Origin: SAR116 cluster bacterium AG-335-N04
GTDB lineage: Bacteria > Pseudomonadota > Alphaproteobacteria > Puniceispirillales > Marisalimonadaceae
DNA: 64,000 nt
NCBI GenBank assembly: GCA_003279355.1
Contig: QBZS01000001.1
Span: 57,844-121,843 of the forward strand
Reading direction: 5' to 3'
The stretch's first letter is position 1, and every line of letters begins with the position of its first letter. A program made the translations under genes and the position numbers. Positions 1 through 10,208 of the stretch are shown one piece after another. The notes beneath the pieces are model-generated. The model did no database searches. It saw only the letters and a program-made list of their open reading frames with translations, and had not been told where the DNA came from.

Positions 1-1
1 T

Positions 2-346
2 GGACATATTGATTATTGTGTGCTCGGAGCTATGGAGGTTTCCATGAATGGTGATTTAGCAAATTGGTCCACCGGCAAAGGTATTCCAGCTGTTGGTGGA
101 GCAATGGATTTAGTAGCTGGAGCCAAAAACGTATTTGTAATGACTCAACATTTAACTAAAGAAGGGAAACCTAAGCTAGTTGAAAAATGCACATTACCAT
201 TAACGGGGTTAGGAGTGGTATCCAGAGTTTATACAGATTATGCTGTTATAGATATTACCAAAGAAGGTTTTAAAGTTGTTGAAATAAATGAAAATCTTTC
301 AATTGAATATTTACAAACAGTTACTGAAGGCAGAGTTTATCAATAA
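2..346 (+). CDS. 3-oxoacid CoA-transferase subunit B (PcaJ/ScoB family), 5'-truncated by window edge
   Basis: Frame open from position 2 (GHIDYCVLGAMEVS..GDLANW..GGAMDLVAGA..CTLPLTG), the conserved C-terminal half of family I CoA-transferase beta subunits. Confidence 0.9.
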   Translation, partial: GHIDYCVLGAMEVSMNGDLANWSTGKGIPAVGGAMDLVAGAKNVFVMTQHLTKEGKPKLVEKCTLPLTGLGVVSRVYTDYAVIDITKEGFKVVEINENLSIEYLQTVTEGRVYQ

Positions 347-353
347 TTTTGTT

Positions 354-1058
354 TTAATCGTAATAAACAACTTGGCCACTATTTAAATAATCTAGAGCTT
401 TTTGAGATATCTTAAGTCCATTAGACACTTTTTCATCCATAGCATTTTCAACCTCAACAATTCTTTCAAGCTTTTTAATTACTTCATCAATTTTATTAAA
501 TGGAATAACTGTAACTCCATCGGTATCAGCAACAATAATATCACCACTATTTATAGTTTTTCCTCCTATATCGATAGAAAAACCAATTTTTGAAGGACCA
601 CTATTATAAGGTGAATTTGGATTTAATCCTGTACAAAAACAATCTAAACCAGTTTCAATAATTCCATTTAAGTCTCTCATAGGTCCATCAGTAACAAGTC
701 CTACTCCTCCATTATTTTTTATCATTCCAGCTATTCTGTCGCCGACCGCGGCAGTTCCTTGAAAACCACTTACACTATTAACAACAATGTCTCCTTCTTG
801 TATTTCACTTAAAGCTATAGCCATTCCTAAAACGTCAGCAGCCCCAGAAAAAACAGTCAATGCTGGCCCCACTATATGATTTACAATCTTTCCAGGAATT
901 AAAAGGGGTTTTATCGAAGGGTCTAATGCAGCGTAACCATTTAGCGCATCACAAATAAAACCGGTTGGAACATCCTTAAAATAATTTAGTTGTTTTTGGT
1001 TGGGTCTATTTCTGCTGGCAGATTTTTTGATTTGTATCAAAGGAGGATTTTCAATCAT
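354..1058 (-). CDS. RraA/HMG-CHA aldolase family protein
   Basis: 234 aa; TGFICDAL, AAVGDR, VTDGPMRD and GDIIVADTDGV motifs typical of RraA-like aldolases. Confidence 0.85.
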   Translation of the reverse strand: MIENPPLIQIKKSASRNRPNQKQLNYFKDVPTGFICDALNGYAALDPSIKPLLIPGKIVNHIVGPALTVFSGAADVLGMAIALSEIQEGDIVVNSVSGFQGTAAVGDRIAGMIKNNGGVGLVTDGPMRDLNGIIETGLDCFCTGLNPNSPYNSGPSKIGFSIDIGGKTINSGDIIVADTDGVTVIPFNKIDEVIKKLERIVEVENAMDEKVSNGLKISQKALDYLNSGQVVYYD

Positions 1059-1151
1059 TAATCATACTCACTTAATTTTATTTTTGATTTAATTAATAAT
1101 TTAACTATAAAATATTGAATATACAACTTTTATAAACTTCAGGAGAAATCT

Positions 1152-2342
1152 TTGTCTAACCTAGTTGATAAATATCCAAGAGTAAGTGATATGGTTAATG
1201 TTGCAAAAAGGAGAATGCCACATTTTGCAGCAGAATACTTATTTGCAGGTACTGGTTATGATGAGGCTTTAGAAAATAATAGAAAGATCTTTAACCAGAT
1301 TTTTCTAGTTCCTCAGTATTTAAAGGGAACCGTAAACCCAAATCTAAAAACTAAGTTATTTGATTATGAATATGACGCACCTTTTGGAATGGCTCCTGTG
1401 GGAATGACTAGCTTAATGTGGCCAGGTGCAGAAATAGCATTATCAAAAATGTCCGTTAAAAATAATATCCCTTATTCATTATCGACAGTTGCGTGTGCTT
1501 CAGTTGAAGATGTTGGAAAACATCTTAATGGTATGGGTTGGTTTCAGTTATATCCCCCTGCGGACAAAGCTATAAGAAATGACTTATTAAAAAGGGCAAA
1601 AAATGCTGGCTTTAAAACCTTAATTGTTACTGCCGACATACCCGCATCTAGCAGAAGAGAGAGGCTTAGAATGGCAGGGGTATCAGTGCCACCTAAAAAT
1701 AATTTAAGAACTTTTTTTCAAGCAGCAATATGCCCATCATGGTCAATTGGGACGCTTATAAATGGTATTCCTGCATTTGGGACTATGGATCAATATAGTG
1801 ATGGTAGCTGGCATGGAAACGCAAAGTCTAAAGCAGGCTTTGCCGGAAGTCAGATGCAACGTTATCTAGATTGGGATTATCTAAAAGAAGTGAGGGATTT
1901 ATGGAGCGGTCCAATTATTCTTAAAGGCTTAATGGATATTAACGACGCAGTTCAAGCTAGTAAAATCATTGATGCTATTTATATTTCAAATCATGGAGGA
2001 AGACAAATTGATATTGCGCCAAGCCCATTACAAGTATTACCAGAAATTAGAAAAAAACTAGGGTCAAAATTTCCGATAATTATAGATTCAGGCTTTTATT
2101 CTGGCCAAGACATAAGCAAAGGCTTAATGCTTGGCGCTGATTTTATAATGACTGGACGACCATTTATTGTTGGTCTTGCTGCATTAGGAGATAAAGGAGC
2201 TGATCACGTACATGATATATTAAAAGACGAACTTTCAAATGTAATGGAACAAATTTGTTCGAAGGATATCAAAGAATTGAAATCACAAAAGGTAGTTCTT
2301 GGAAATGATTTTTATTTGAGAAATCCTAATCAAAAATTATAG
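1152..2342 (+). CDS. FMN-dependent alpha-hydroxy acid dehydrogenase/oxidase (LldD-like)
   Basis: APVG, WFQLY, ILKG and SNHGGRQ motifs; TTG start with AGGAG RBS. Confidence 0.9.
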   Translation: MSNLVDKYPRVSDMVNVAKRRMPHFAAEYLFAGTGYDEALENNRKIFNQIFLVPQYLKGTVNPNLKTKLFDYEYDAPFGMAPVGMTSLMWPGAEIALSKMSVKNNIPYSLSTVACASVEDVGKHLNGMGWFQLYPPADKAIRNDLLKRAKNAGFKTLIVTADIPASSRRERLRMAGVSVPPKNNLRTFFQAAICPSWSIGTLINGIPAFGTMDQYSDGSWHGNAKSKAGFAGSQMQRYLDWDYLKEVRDLWSGPIILKGLMDINDAVQASKIIDAIYISNHGGRQIDIAPSPLQVLPEIRKKLGSKFPIIIDSGFYSGQDISKGLMLGADFIMTGRPFIVGLAALGDKGADHVHDILKDELSNVMEQICSKDIKELKSQKVVLGNDFYLRNPNQKL

Positions 2343-4001
2343 TGAGTTGAAGCGCTTCCCAGGCAATACCATCTCAGACCCAGTTTTAATATGAAGTAAA
2401 GCAGGAAGTTTATTCTTATTTGCCCAATTATTAGCGTCCACAAATAATTCATAAAAATCTTCGGTATTTTCAACTATATAACCTTTGCCTCCCATAGCGT
2501 TGGCTAAATCAGAAAAGTTTGGGTTGACTAATCCAGTATGTTTATAATTTCCTCTATAATGTTTATGCTGATGCATTCTAATTGTTCCGTACATTTCATT
2601 ATCTACTACTAATACAATTACTGCAGCATTATATTGAACGGCTGTAGCATATTCATTTTCAGTCATTTGAAAACATCCATCACCTGCAAGGGCTATAACC
2701 ATATTATCAGGAAATCTTAATTTAGCTGCTATTGCAGCTGGCAGTCCGTATCCCATTGAACCAGAAATTGGTGCAAGTTGCGTCTTAACTTTTGTAAACC
2801 TAAATAATCTATGACCCCAAACAGCATAGTTACCAGCCCCATTAGTAATAATTGTATTAGGATCTAAATGTTTTCTAAGAGTTCTAAAAGCTGATGTTAG
2901 GTCAACACCTGAATTAGGAGCCTCTAAAGGCATATCGCCCCATTCAATATATTCTTCGTGAGATTTAACTGCATTAAGTTCATTATTAGAATTGGGTTTT
3001 GTATTTAGACCCTTTAATGCGTTGTTAAGTATGTTCACAAATGCTATTGGACTTGATACAATTCCAAGATGAGGTTTATAAATTCTTCCTATTTCCTCTG
3101 AACCTGGATGAATATGAATAAACTTTTTATTATGTTCTGGAATACCCAACAATGTAAAACCTTGCGAAGGGTTTTCGCTTAATCTACCACCTAACAATAC
3201 TAGATAATCACTATTATTAATTCGATCGATTAATTTTGGATTAACACCAAGCCCGAGATCACCACCATAATTTTTATGTAAATTATTATAATAACTTTGT
3301 CTTCTATGAGATGTAATTATTGTTAATCCAAGCATTTCAGAAATAGATATTAAATCTTTTTCAGCTTCGTGAGACCATATTGATCCCCCTAAAACAACAA
3401 TTGGATTTTTAGCTTCTTTTATTTCTTCAATAAATTGTGCAAGATCCTTTGTTGTAGGAGCAGACATCAATTGATCAATGAACTCTAATGGTTTTTTATC
3501 TGTTTTTTCGGTTAGCATGTTTTCTGGTAATGCTATTATAACAGGTCCAGGTCTTCCTGACATAGCTGTGTGATAAGCTCGTGAGAAAATTTCTGATAAT
3601 CGGTCAGATTGCTGAACTTCAATTACTAATTTTGCCATACCACCATAAAATTGTTGATAATCAACTTCTTGGAAAGCATCTCTGCCATACATTTCCTTAC
3701 CAATTTGGCCTACAAATAATATCATAGGAGTACTATCTTGCTGCGCAATATGTATTCCTGATGCAGCATTTGTAGCTCCTGGACCCCTAGTTACAAAAGC
3801 AATACCAGGCCTGCCAGTAAGCTTACCATCGGCTTCAGCCATCATTGACGCCGCGCCCTCGTGTTTACAAAGAATTGTTTCTATAGATGTTTCTTGGAGA
3901 CCATTCATTACCGAAAGGTAGCTTTCGCCTGGAACGCAAAATACTCTATCAACTTTTTGTTTTTCAAGTAATTTTACTAAGAGTGATCCAGCTTCTTGCA
4001 T
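2337..4001 (-). CDS. Thiamine diphosphate-dependent enzyme (acetolactate synthase-like family)
   Basis: VPGESYL, HEGAASMMAEA, TRGPGATN, SMGYGLPAA and GDGCFQM..N ThDP motif. Confidence 0.9.
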   Translation of the reverse strand: MQEAGSLLVKLLEKQKVDRVFCVPGESYLSVMNGLQETSIETILCKHEGAASMMAEADGKLTGRPGIAFVTRGPGATNAASGIHIAQQDSTPMILFVGQIGKEMYGRDAFQEVDYQQFYGGMAKLVIEVQQSDRLSEIFSRAYHTAMSGRPGPVIIALPENMLTEKTDKKPLEFIDQLMSAPTTKDLAQFIEEIKEAKNPIVVLGGSIWSHEAEKDLISISEMLGLTIITSHRRQSYYNNLHKNYGGDLGLGVNPKLIDRINNSDYLVLLGGRLSENPSQGFTLLGIPEHNKKFIHIHPGSEEIGRIYKPHLGIVSSPIAFVNILNNALKGLNTKPNSNNELNAVKSHEEYIEWGDMPLEAPNSGVDLTSAFRTLRKHLDPNTIITNGAGNYAVWGHRLFRFTKVKTQLAPISGSMGYGLPAAIAAKLRFPDNMVIALAGDGCFQMTENEYATAVQYNAAVIVLVVDNEMYGTIRMHQHKHYRGNYKHTGLVNPNFSDLANAMGGKGYIVENTEDFYELFVDANNWANKNKLPALLHIKTGSEMVLPGKRFNSL

Positions 4002-4004
4002 TTT

Positions 4005-4379
4005 TCATTCCTTAAAATTTTTTAAATATGGTGAATTAGAGGGTATCATGTCTTCACTAATAGGTAAAATTAGCTCGTGAAGTAGATGTGAAGATAAAGT
4101 TTTACCGTGTCTATCAAGTCTTAAGGAGCTATTTACACCACCCCCAAGAGCACTTTGAATTACAAAATTTAATGCTTTTAAAGATGGAAGTTCAAATCTT
4201 TCTACTTGAGTTGCACCTAAATGCCTGAAAATATCCAACACTCGTTCTTCAGTAGCAAGATTATTTATAACTTTCCATCCACTATCTAAATAAGCAATAA
4301 GTGAAATATTAGATACATCTCCTTTATCACCAGCTCTAGCATGAGCGATTGCATGAACAGGTAAGTCTAATATAATCAT
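4005..4379 (-). CDS. AtuA-related small protein (stand-alone C-terminal AtuA-type domain)
   Basis: HARAGDKGD, V.RFELP, ALGGGV..SLRLDRHGK motifs; directly downstream of DUF1446 gene. Confidence 0.8.
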   Translation of the reverse strand: MIILDLPVHAIAHARAGDKGDVSNISLIAYLDSGWKVINNLATEERVLDIFRHLGATQVERFELPSLKALNFVIQSALGGGVNSSLRLDRHGKTLSSHLLHELILPISEDMIPSNSPYLKNFKE

Positions 4380-4397
4380 AATTGCCTCAAAAGAATT

Positions 4398-5759
4398 TTA
4401 TATAATTTTAATTTGAATGTTGGGGTCAACAATGTCTCTGTTAACTAAAATAGATGCAGTTGATGATTGAGGTGTAACATAACCACGTCCTCCACCTCCA
4501 GCAGCAGGTCCACAACAATATAATGACATGACTTCATCAACCATTTGTTGTGCTTGATCTTTTTTAGGATATATTGCGGAAGTTCTTACTCTGTAATCAC
4601 CATTTTCAGGAAGATGATAAGAAGATGTTTCATCCATAGAATAATGAACTGATCCGGCACCAATAATTTCAACTCTCAACTGTCCTTGTAATCCTAAAAT
4701 TTGAATTCTTTCACTAATTACTTCACCTGCAAGTTTTGCTCGTGCAAGTGCGTTAGGTCCCGCATAGCTTATTTCAGCTTCACCCATAAATCCATTATCA
4801 CAACAAATAGTAGCTTTTAGTTTTTCAGGAGATTTTTTACCTCTACCTCCTTTAACTAAAATTCTATTTTCTCCATTGTTTTCTAAAGTTAAACTTGTCA
4901 TGTCAGCCGTTACATCTGGGACTAAGTAATTAGAAGGATCATGTGTTTCGTACAACAATTGTTCTGTAACCGTTGCTTCACTAACTAGACCACCCGTTCC
5001 ATCAGGTTTTGTAATAATAAATGAACCATCCTGATTAACTTCGGCTATGGGAAAACCAACGTTAGCCAGATTAGGCACGTCTTTGAAGCCAGGGTCAGCA
5101 AAATAAGCTCCAGTTACTTGAGCTCCACATTCTAGAAGATGGCCACAAATTGTACCTGAGCCAATCAAATTTAATTCATTTTCTTTCCATTTAAATTCGT
5201 ATAATAAGGGTCCTAAGGCAAGAGCACTGTCAACTGTTCTTCCAACAATTACAATGTCAGCACCCATCTCTAAAGCTTCAGCAATGGGTTGAGCTCCAAG
5301 ATATACGTTAGCTGCAGTAATTTTGTTATTAGAAAAATTCAAACCTTCCATTGTTGGACTATTTAGTATTTCATCGTTAGACATGTATTCTAATAAATCA
5401 TCACCTAAAACAACACCAATTTTAGGTTTTTTACTATTTTGTTTTTTTGCTATTTCAAGTATTCTTTTAGCCGCTCCCATAGGATTTGCAGCACCAATAT
5501 TTGAAATTATTTTTATATTATTTTCAAGGCAATCATCAAGAATTGGACTTATGTAAGAATCTAAAAAAGGTGAATAACCTTCCTCAGGATTTTTTAATCT
5601 AAATTGTTGGGCTATAGCAAGAGTTCTTTCTGCAAGGACTTCAAACATTAGATATTTAGGAGCATTTATTTTTTTAAATTCTTTTACAATTGGAATTGAT
5701 GCATCAAATCTATCACCTGAAAATCCGGCACCACATCCAATAAAAACTTTTTCTGTCAT
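4398..5759 (-). CDS. Acyclic terpene utilization AtuA family protein (DUF1446)
   Basis: GCGAGFSGDR, FEVLAERT, GAANP, ANVYLGA, GHLLECGAQVTG and EQLLYE..DP..Y..PDV motifs. Confidence 0.9.
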   Translation of the reverse strand: MTEKVFIGCGAGFSGDRFDASIPIVKEFKKINAPKYLMFEVLAERTLAIAQQFRLKNPEEGYSPFLDSYISPILDDCLENNIKIISNIGAANPMGAAKRILEIAKKQNSKKPKIGVVLGDDLLEYMSNDEILNSPTMEGLNFSNNKITAANVYLGAQPIAEALEMGADIVIVGRTVDSALALGPLLYEFKWKENELNLIGSGTICGHLLECGAQVTGAYFADPGFKDVPNLANVGFPIAEVNQDGSFIITKPDGTGGLVSEATVTEQLLYETHDPSNYLVPDVTADMTSLTLENNGENRILVKGGRGKKSPEKLKATICCDNGFMGEAEISYAGPNALARAKLAGEVISERIQILGLQGQLRVEIIGAGSVHYSMDETSSYHLPENGDYRVRTSAIYPKKDQAQQMVDEVMSLYCCGPAAGGGGRGYVTPQSSTASILVNRDIVDPNIQIKII

Positions 5760-5874
5760 AATAAAATCTTCTAATAAAAAACTTTGATTTATGTATTTAT
5801 ATTTTACTTAAAATGATAAGATTTTAATAAATTTTTAATAAATATACCTAGTCTAATTAAAAAAGGAAATAAAA

Positions 5875-6615
5875 ATGTCAAAAATTGCAATGGTTACAGG
5901 AGCAGGAACAGGAGTTGGCAGGAGAGTTTCTGAAGTATTATCAAAAGAAGATTTCATTGTTTATTTAATAGGAAGAAGAAAAGATAAATTAATTGAAACG
6001 CAACAGAGATGTACTGGCATAACTGAAGTAATGTCGTGTGACGTAAGTGATCAAATTTCGGTAGAAAATGTATTCAAAATTATAGAAAAAAAGCACGAAA
6101 GAATTGATGTTTTATTTAATAATGCAGGGATAGGTGTGCCGGCACAATCCATAGACGAAATGCCATTTGAAAACTGGGAAAGTGTCGTAGACATTAATTT
6201 AAATGGAATGTTTCTATGCGCTAAATATGCGTTTGCACTGATGAGAAAACAAAAACCTCAAGGTGGTAGAATAATAAATAATGGCAGCGTGTCTTCAGTT
6301 ACTCCCAGACCAGGAAGTATAGCTTATACAGCAACCAAACACGCAGTTACAGGTATGACTAAGACAATTTCATTGGATGGAAGAAAATATGATATTGCAT
6401 GTAGTCAAATTGATATTGGAAATGCTGAAACGCCAATGACACAGAGAATGAAAGAGGGGGTTCCTCAGGCCAATGGTAATATGGATATTGAGCCAGTTAT
6501 AGACTCTCTGCACATAGCAGAAGCAGTTTTATACATGGCTAATTTACCTGTAACGGTAAATGTTCTAAATATGACTGTAATGGCAAATAAAATGCCATTT
6601 GTAGGTAGAGGTTAA
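5875..6615 (+). CDS. Short-chain dehydrogenase/reductase
   Basis: TGAGTGVG, NNAG, YTATK; ends MPFVGRG. Confidence 0.9.
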   Translation: MSKIAMVTGAGTGVGRRVSEVLSKEDFIVYLIGRRKDKLIETQQRCTGITEVMSCDVSDQISVENVFKIIEKKHERIDVLFNNAGIGVPAQSIDEMPFENWESVVDINLNGMFLCAKYAFALMRKQKPQGGRIINNGSVSSVTPRPGSIAYTATKHAVTGMTKTISLDGRKYDIACSQIDIGNAETPMTQRMKEGVPQANGNMDIEPVIDSLHIAEAVLYMANLPVTVNVLNMTVMANKMPFVGRG

Positions 6616-6618
6616 TCT

Positions 6619-7503
6619 TTAACTAAAATATTTTTTCATTACAGGAAAATATAAGTCTTTGTCACCATTTTTAATTGAAGTCTTTAAGAGATTTTCTGCT
6701 GATAATGCTCCAGGCATTTTAACATTGAGTCTTTGACCTAACTCTAAAGCGTAAGATAAATCTTTGAGAGCATATTCTGAGGAGAACGCAGGTGAAGGAA
6801 AATTATTTTTAGCAATACTTTTTAACCCATGGTTTCTAAGAGCAAAACTATCTCCAGAACATTTTGTAATATTTTCATATAAATTTTCAACGTTCATTCC
6901 GTATTGCTCAGCAATATTAGCTGCCTCACTTAATGCTACAACTGTTTCAAAAAGTATCATGTTATTCAATATTTTGGTAAGTTGTCCTGTTCCTGATTTC
7001 CCACAATATAGAATATCCTTACCTATATATCGTAACACGGGCAGTATTTTATTATAAACATCTTTATCAGACCCAACCATTATAGCTAAAGTTCCATCAA
7101 TAGCAGCCTGTCTTGTTCTGGCAATGGGAGCATCAGCAAAATGAGCACCTTTTATTTTAATCTCATTTTCTAATTTAATCATTAAATCTGGTTGCGATGT
7201 TGACATATCGATAATAAACTGATTGATTTTGATGTCAGAGATATACTTATCTTTACCATAATATAGGTCTCTAACAAAATCTCCTCCTGGTAAGCATGTA
7301 ATAACCAAATCTGATAAAGTAAAAATTTCTCTAGTATCACTAGCTATTTTAGCACCTTTATTTTCTAATTCTTTTTCTTTGTTGGCATTCAAATCTTTAA
7401 CTAAGACATTCCAATTTTTATTTTTAAGTAAGTTTTTACTCATGGAACAACCCATGACACCTAGTCCAATAAAACCTATAACTTTAATTTCTCTATCAAT
7501 CAT
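6619..7503 (-). CDS. 3-hydroxyisobutyrate/2-hydroxy-3-oxopropionate dehydrogenase family oxidoreductase
   Basis: GFIGLGVMG, DMST, DAPIAR, KILNN and KDL motifs. Confidence 0.88.
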   Translation of the reverse strand: MIDREIKVIGFIGLGVMGCSMSKNLLKNKNWNVLVKDLNANKEKELENKGAKIASDTREIFTLSDLVITCLPGGDFVRDLYYGKDKYISDIKINQFIIDMSTSQPDLMIKLENEIKIKGAHFADAPIARTRQAAIDGTLAIMVGSDKDVYNKILPVLRYIGKDILYCGKSGTGQLTKILNNMILFETVVALSEAANIAEQYGMNVENLYENITKCSGDSFALRNHGLKSIAKNNFPSPAFSSEYALKDLSYALELGQRLNVKMPGALSAENLLKTSIKNGDKDLYFPVMKKYFS

Positions 7504-7616
7504 ATTTCACCGTTAAATTGGGAATTTTATAAAATAATTAATTTAATAATATTCTATACATTTAATTTATATTGTTTATTTTAATCTACATATTTTGTTA
7601 TAAATAGGAAAATATA

Positions 7617-8279
7617 ATGCACTACGATACCTTAAAAAATGAGCATGGTCTACCGCATGACCCTTTCAAAGCAATTGTAGCTCCGAGGCCGATTGGTTGG
7701 ATAGGAAGTGTTTCTTTATCAGGTGTTTATAATTTAGCTCCATATAGCTACTTCAATGCAATCGCAGATAGACCTCATTTTGTAATGTTTTCTTCAGTAG
7801 ATATTAAAGATTCCGTCAAAAATATTGAAGAAACAGGAGAGTTTACTGTTTCTCTGGCAACTGAAGATTTGTTTGATCATATGAATGGGAGTTCTGTTCC
7901 TGCAGATTCAAATATTGATGAATTTGAATTAGCAGGCCTAAAACCTCAAATAGGTAAATTTGTTTCTGCACCATTTGTTTCTGAAGCATCTGCTGCTCTT
8001 GAATGTAAACATTGGAAAACAATAGACCTTCCAAATGTAGATAGAGACAATGGAACGGGAAACTATGTAATATTTGGGCAGGTTGTTGGTATTTTTATAA
8101 ACGATAAGTTTATTAAAGATGGGCTGTTTAATGCTAGCGCAGCTAGGCCTTTGGTAAGGTTAGGTTATATGGATTACGGTGTTGTAGGTTCAGAAAACAC
8201 ATTTACTAGGAACAGACCAAGATTAGGTAAAGATGGTAAATTACAACCTGTGGAAGAATGGGATGGAGTTTATAGATAA
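7617..8279 (+). CDS. Flavin reductase family protein (DIM6/NTAB)
   Basis: PRPIGWI, NLAPYSYFN, KDSVKNIEETGEF and RLGY motifs. Confidence 0.88.
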   Translation: MHYDTLKNEHGLPHDPFKAIVAPRPIGWIGSVSLSGVYNLAPYSYFNAIADRPHFVMFSSVDIKDSVKNIEETGEFTVSLATEDLFDHMNGSSVPADSNIDEFELAGLKPQIGKFVSAPFVSEASAALECKHWKTIDLPNVDRDNGTGNYVIFGQVVGIFINDKFIKDGLFNASAARPLVRLGYMDYGVVGSENTFTRNRPRLGKDGKLQPVEEWDGVYR

Positions 8280-9060
8280 TACATTAATTGAGGATTTTTC
8301 CACTGAGGGTGCAGTTTTATGTAAAGGGATATTTTTAGATTGGCTTGATCCACTTAGAATTGGTGTTGATAAATTAATTCAAAATCCTAGTGTTAGAGAA
8401 AGGTCATATACTTCCGGGGATGGAACGGCTTTATTTTTTCAAGACTTAGTTAATTGGGATAGAATACCAGAGTTTAAAGATTTTATTTTTAAATCAAAAA
8501 TTGGATTTTATGCTGCAAAATTAATGAAGTCCAAAAAATCAAGATTTTTTCATGATCATGTTTTAGTTAAGGAACCTGGTTCGTCTATTGTAACCCCATG
8601 GCATCAAGATAAACCATACTATTGTGTTGACGGTAAACAGAGTGTCAGTTTTTGGATTGCTCTAGATGACATTTCTAAAGAAGGTTGTTTAGAGTGCATA
8701 GCCGGCTCACATTTATCTAATATATTACATAAGCCCAAAAGATTTAATGGGAATGATTTGTACGAAAATGATAACTCTAAGGAAGTACCGGATATTAATT
8801 CGAATAGAAAAGATTATAAAATATTAAGCTGGGATATTAAAGCAGGAGACGCTGTTGCTTTTGACTTCAGAACACTTCACGGAGCTTCCGAAAATATAAA
8901 CAAAAATAGCAGAAGAAGAGTGTTTTCAGCAAGAATTGTTGGTGATGATGCATTTTTTGTGGATAGACAAGGTAAAGGCTCACCACCCTTTGAAAATATT
9001 AAGCTTAAAAATGGTGATAAATTAACAGGAAAAGAGTTTCCTATTATTTATAAAGTCTGA
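8263..9060 (+). CDS. Phytanoyl-CoA dioxygenase (PhyH) family Fe(II)/2OG dioxygenase
   Basis: TPWHQD, GSH, GDAVAFDFRTLHG and RRR motifs; ATG at 8263 preferred over 8233. Confidence 0.85.
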   Translation: MEFIDNTLIEDFSTEGAVLCKGIFLDWLDPLRIGVDKLIQNPSVRERSYTSGDGTALFFQDLVNWDRIPEFKDFIFKSKIGFYAAKLMKSKKSRFFHDHVLVKEPGSSIVTPWHQDKPYYCVDGKQSVSFWIALDDISKEGCLECIAGSHLSNILHKPKRFNGNDLYENDNSKEVPDINSNRKDYKILSWDIKAGDAVAFDFRTLHGASENINKNSRRRVFSARIVGDDAFFVDRQGKGSPPFENIKLKNGDKLTGKEFPIIYKV

Positions 9061-9948
9061 TTTTTTGCAATGAAATTTTGGGTTTGTATCTGAAATGGCA
9101 TTACTCAACTGAATTACACCGTCTAAAACTCTTAAAGACGGTCGGCTAAAGTAAGAATTAGAATCAAATGCATATACTCTTTGTTTTTGAATTGCTTCAA
9201 TATGATTAATCCTTTCATCAAGATAAATATTTTCTGCAAAAGATTTATTTTCTTCAAGATTATAACCACAACAAATTATCCCTATAAAGTCTGGATTTAA
9301 ATCTGCTATATGTTTAGGTGTGATTTCTATAGATTTTTCTCCTTTGTTACCAATACATGACAAAAATCCTGCCATTTCTATTTGCTCAGGTATCCAGTGT
9401 CCTGGTGTAAAATAGGGGTCTATCCATTCAAGTAGAAGAACAGTTTTATTCGTTCTTTTCTTTGTAACTTGTTTTTTTTTAAGTTTCGCTTCAGCAATTA
9501 TTTTTTTAGCAGTTTCCTCTTTATTGACTGCTATACCTATCATCAAAATATCTGAACAAATTTCGTCAAAGGTTGTTCCATTTAGTGAGATAATTTTTGT
9601 CTTAGATTTTAGAGTACATAAGTTGTTTTTTAATGTTGCTTGAATAACGTTTTCTGAGATAGAGCAAACATCACATAGTCCTTGAGTAATTATTAGGTCG
9701 GGATTGATTTTAAGTATTTCATCGTTATCCACTTTATAAAGAGGAATGTCATTCTTAACAGCCTTTTTAACTAATTTATCAATTGAACTTTGGTTCAAAT
9801 TGTTTGGTATAATACTTGAAGTGACTTTTTTAATTCCTCTAATTAAGTCTGGATAATCACACTCATGACTAACTGCGTATAAGTAATTAGATAATCCCAT
9901 ATTACAAATAATTTCTGAAGCTGAAGGAAGTAAACTAACAATTTTCAT
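9022..9948 (-). CDS. BtuF/TroA-like periplasmic-binding-fold protein lacking a signal peptide
   Basis: KIVSLLPSASEII, HECDYP, PDLIITQGLCDVC, EWIDP, FSRPSLR. Confidence 0.75.
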   Translation of the reverse strand: MKIVSLLPSASEIICNMGLSNYLYAVSHECDYPDLIRGIKKVTSSIIPNNLNQSSIDKLVKKAVKNDIPLYKVDNDEILKINPDLIITQGLCDVCSISENVIQATLKNNLCTLKSKTKIISLNGTTFDEICSDILMIGIAVNKEETAKKIIAEAKLKKKQVTKKRTNKTVLLLEWIDPYFTPGHWIPEQIEMAGFLSCIGNKGEKSIEITPKHIADLNPDFIGIICCGYNLEENKSFAENIYLDERINHIEAIQKQRVYAFDSNSYFSRPSLRVLDGVIQLSNAISDTNPKFHCKKSDFINNRKLFSC

Positions 9949-9950
9949 TT

Positions 9951-10178
9951 TTATTTAAACCAAACAATAGTTTTCTTTGCGTCATGATAAGCATCGTCTT
10001 TATTTAAAAAAACCTTATAATCATAATTACCAATTCTATACCATTCTGAAATATTTTCTGGATCTTTTCTATATTCTTGATAACCAAAGGTTTTATTTTT
10101 TCTAAAAAAGAAATCAATGCATAGATTATTGTTATCATTATTTATTGAATTTATTACAACTTGATCCTTAATTTTCAA
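9951..10178 (-). CDS. Small hypothetical protein
   Basis: 75 aa; CIDFF..TFGYQEYRKDPE..W pattern; ends 2 nt before the BtuF-like start. Confidence 0.7.
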   Translation of the reverse strand: MKIKDQVVINSINNDNNNLCIDFFFRKNKTFGYQEYRKDPENISEWYRIGNYDYKVFLNKDDAYHDAKKTIVWFK

Positions 10179-10208
10179 TTTGAAAGTTCTCTCTTTTGTT
10201 CTTATTTG

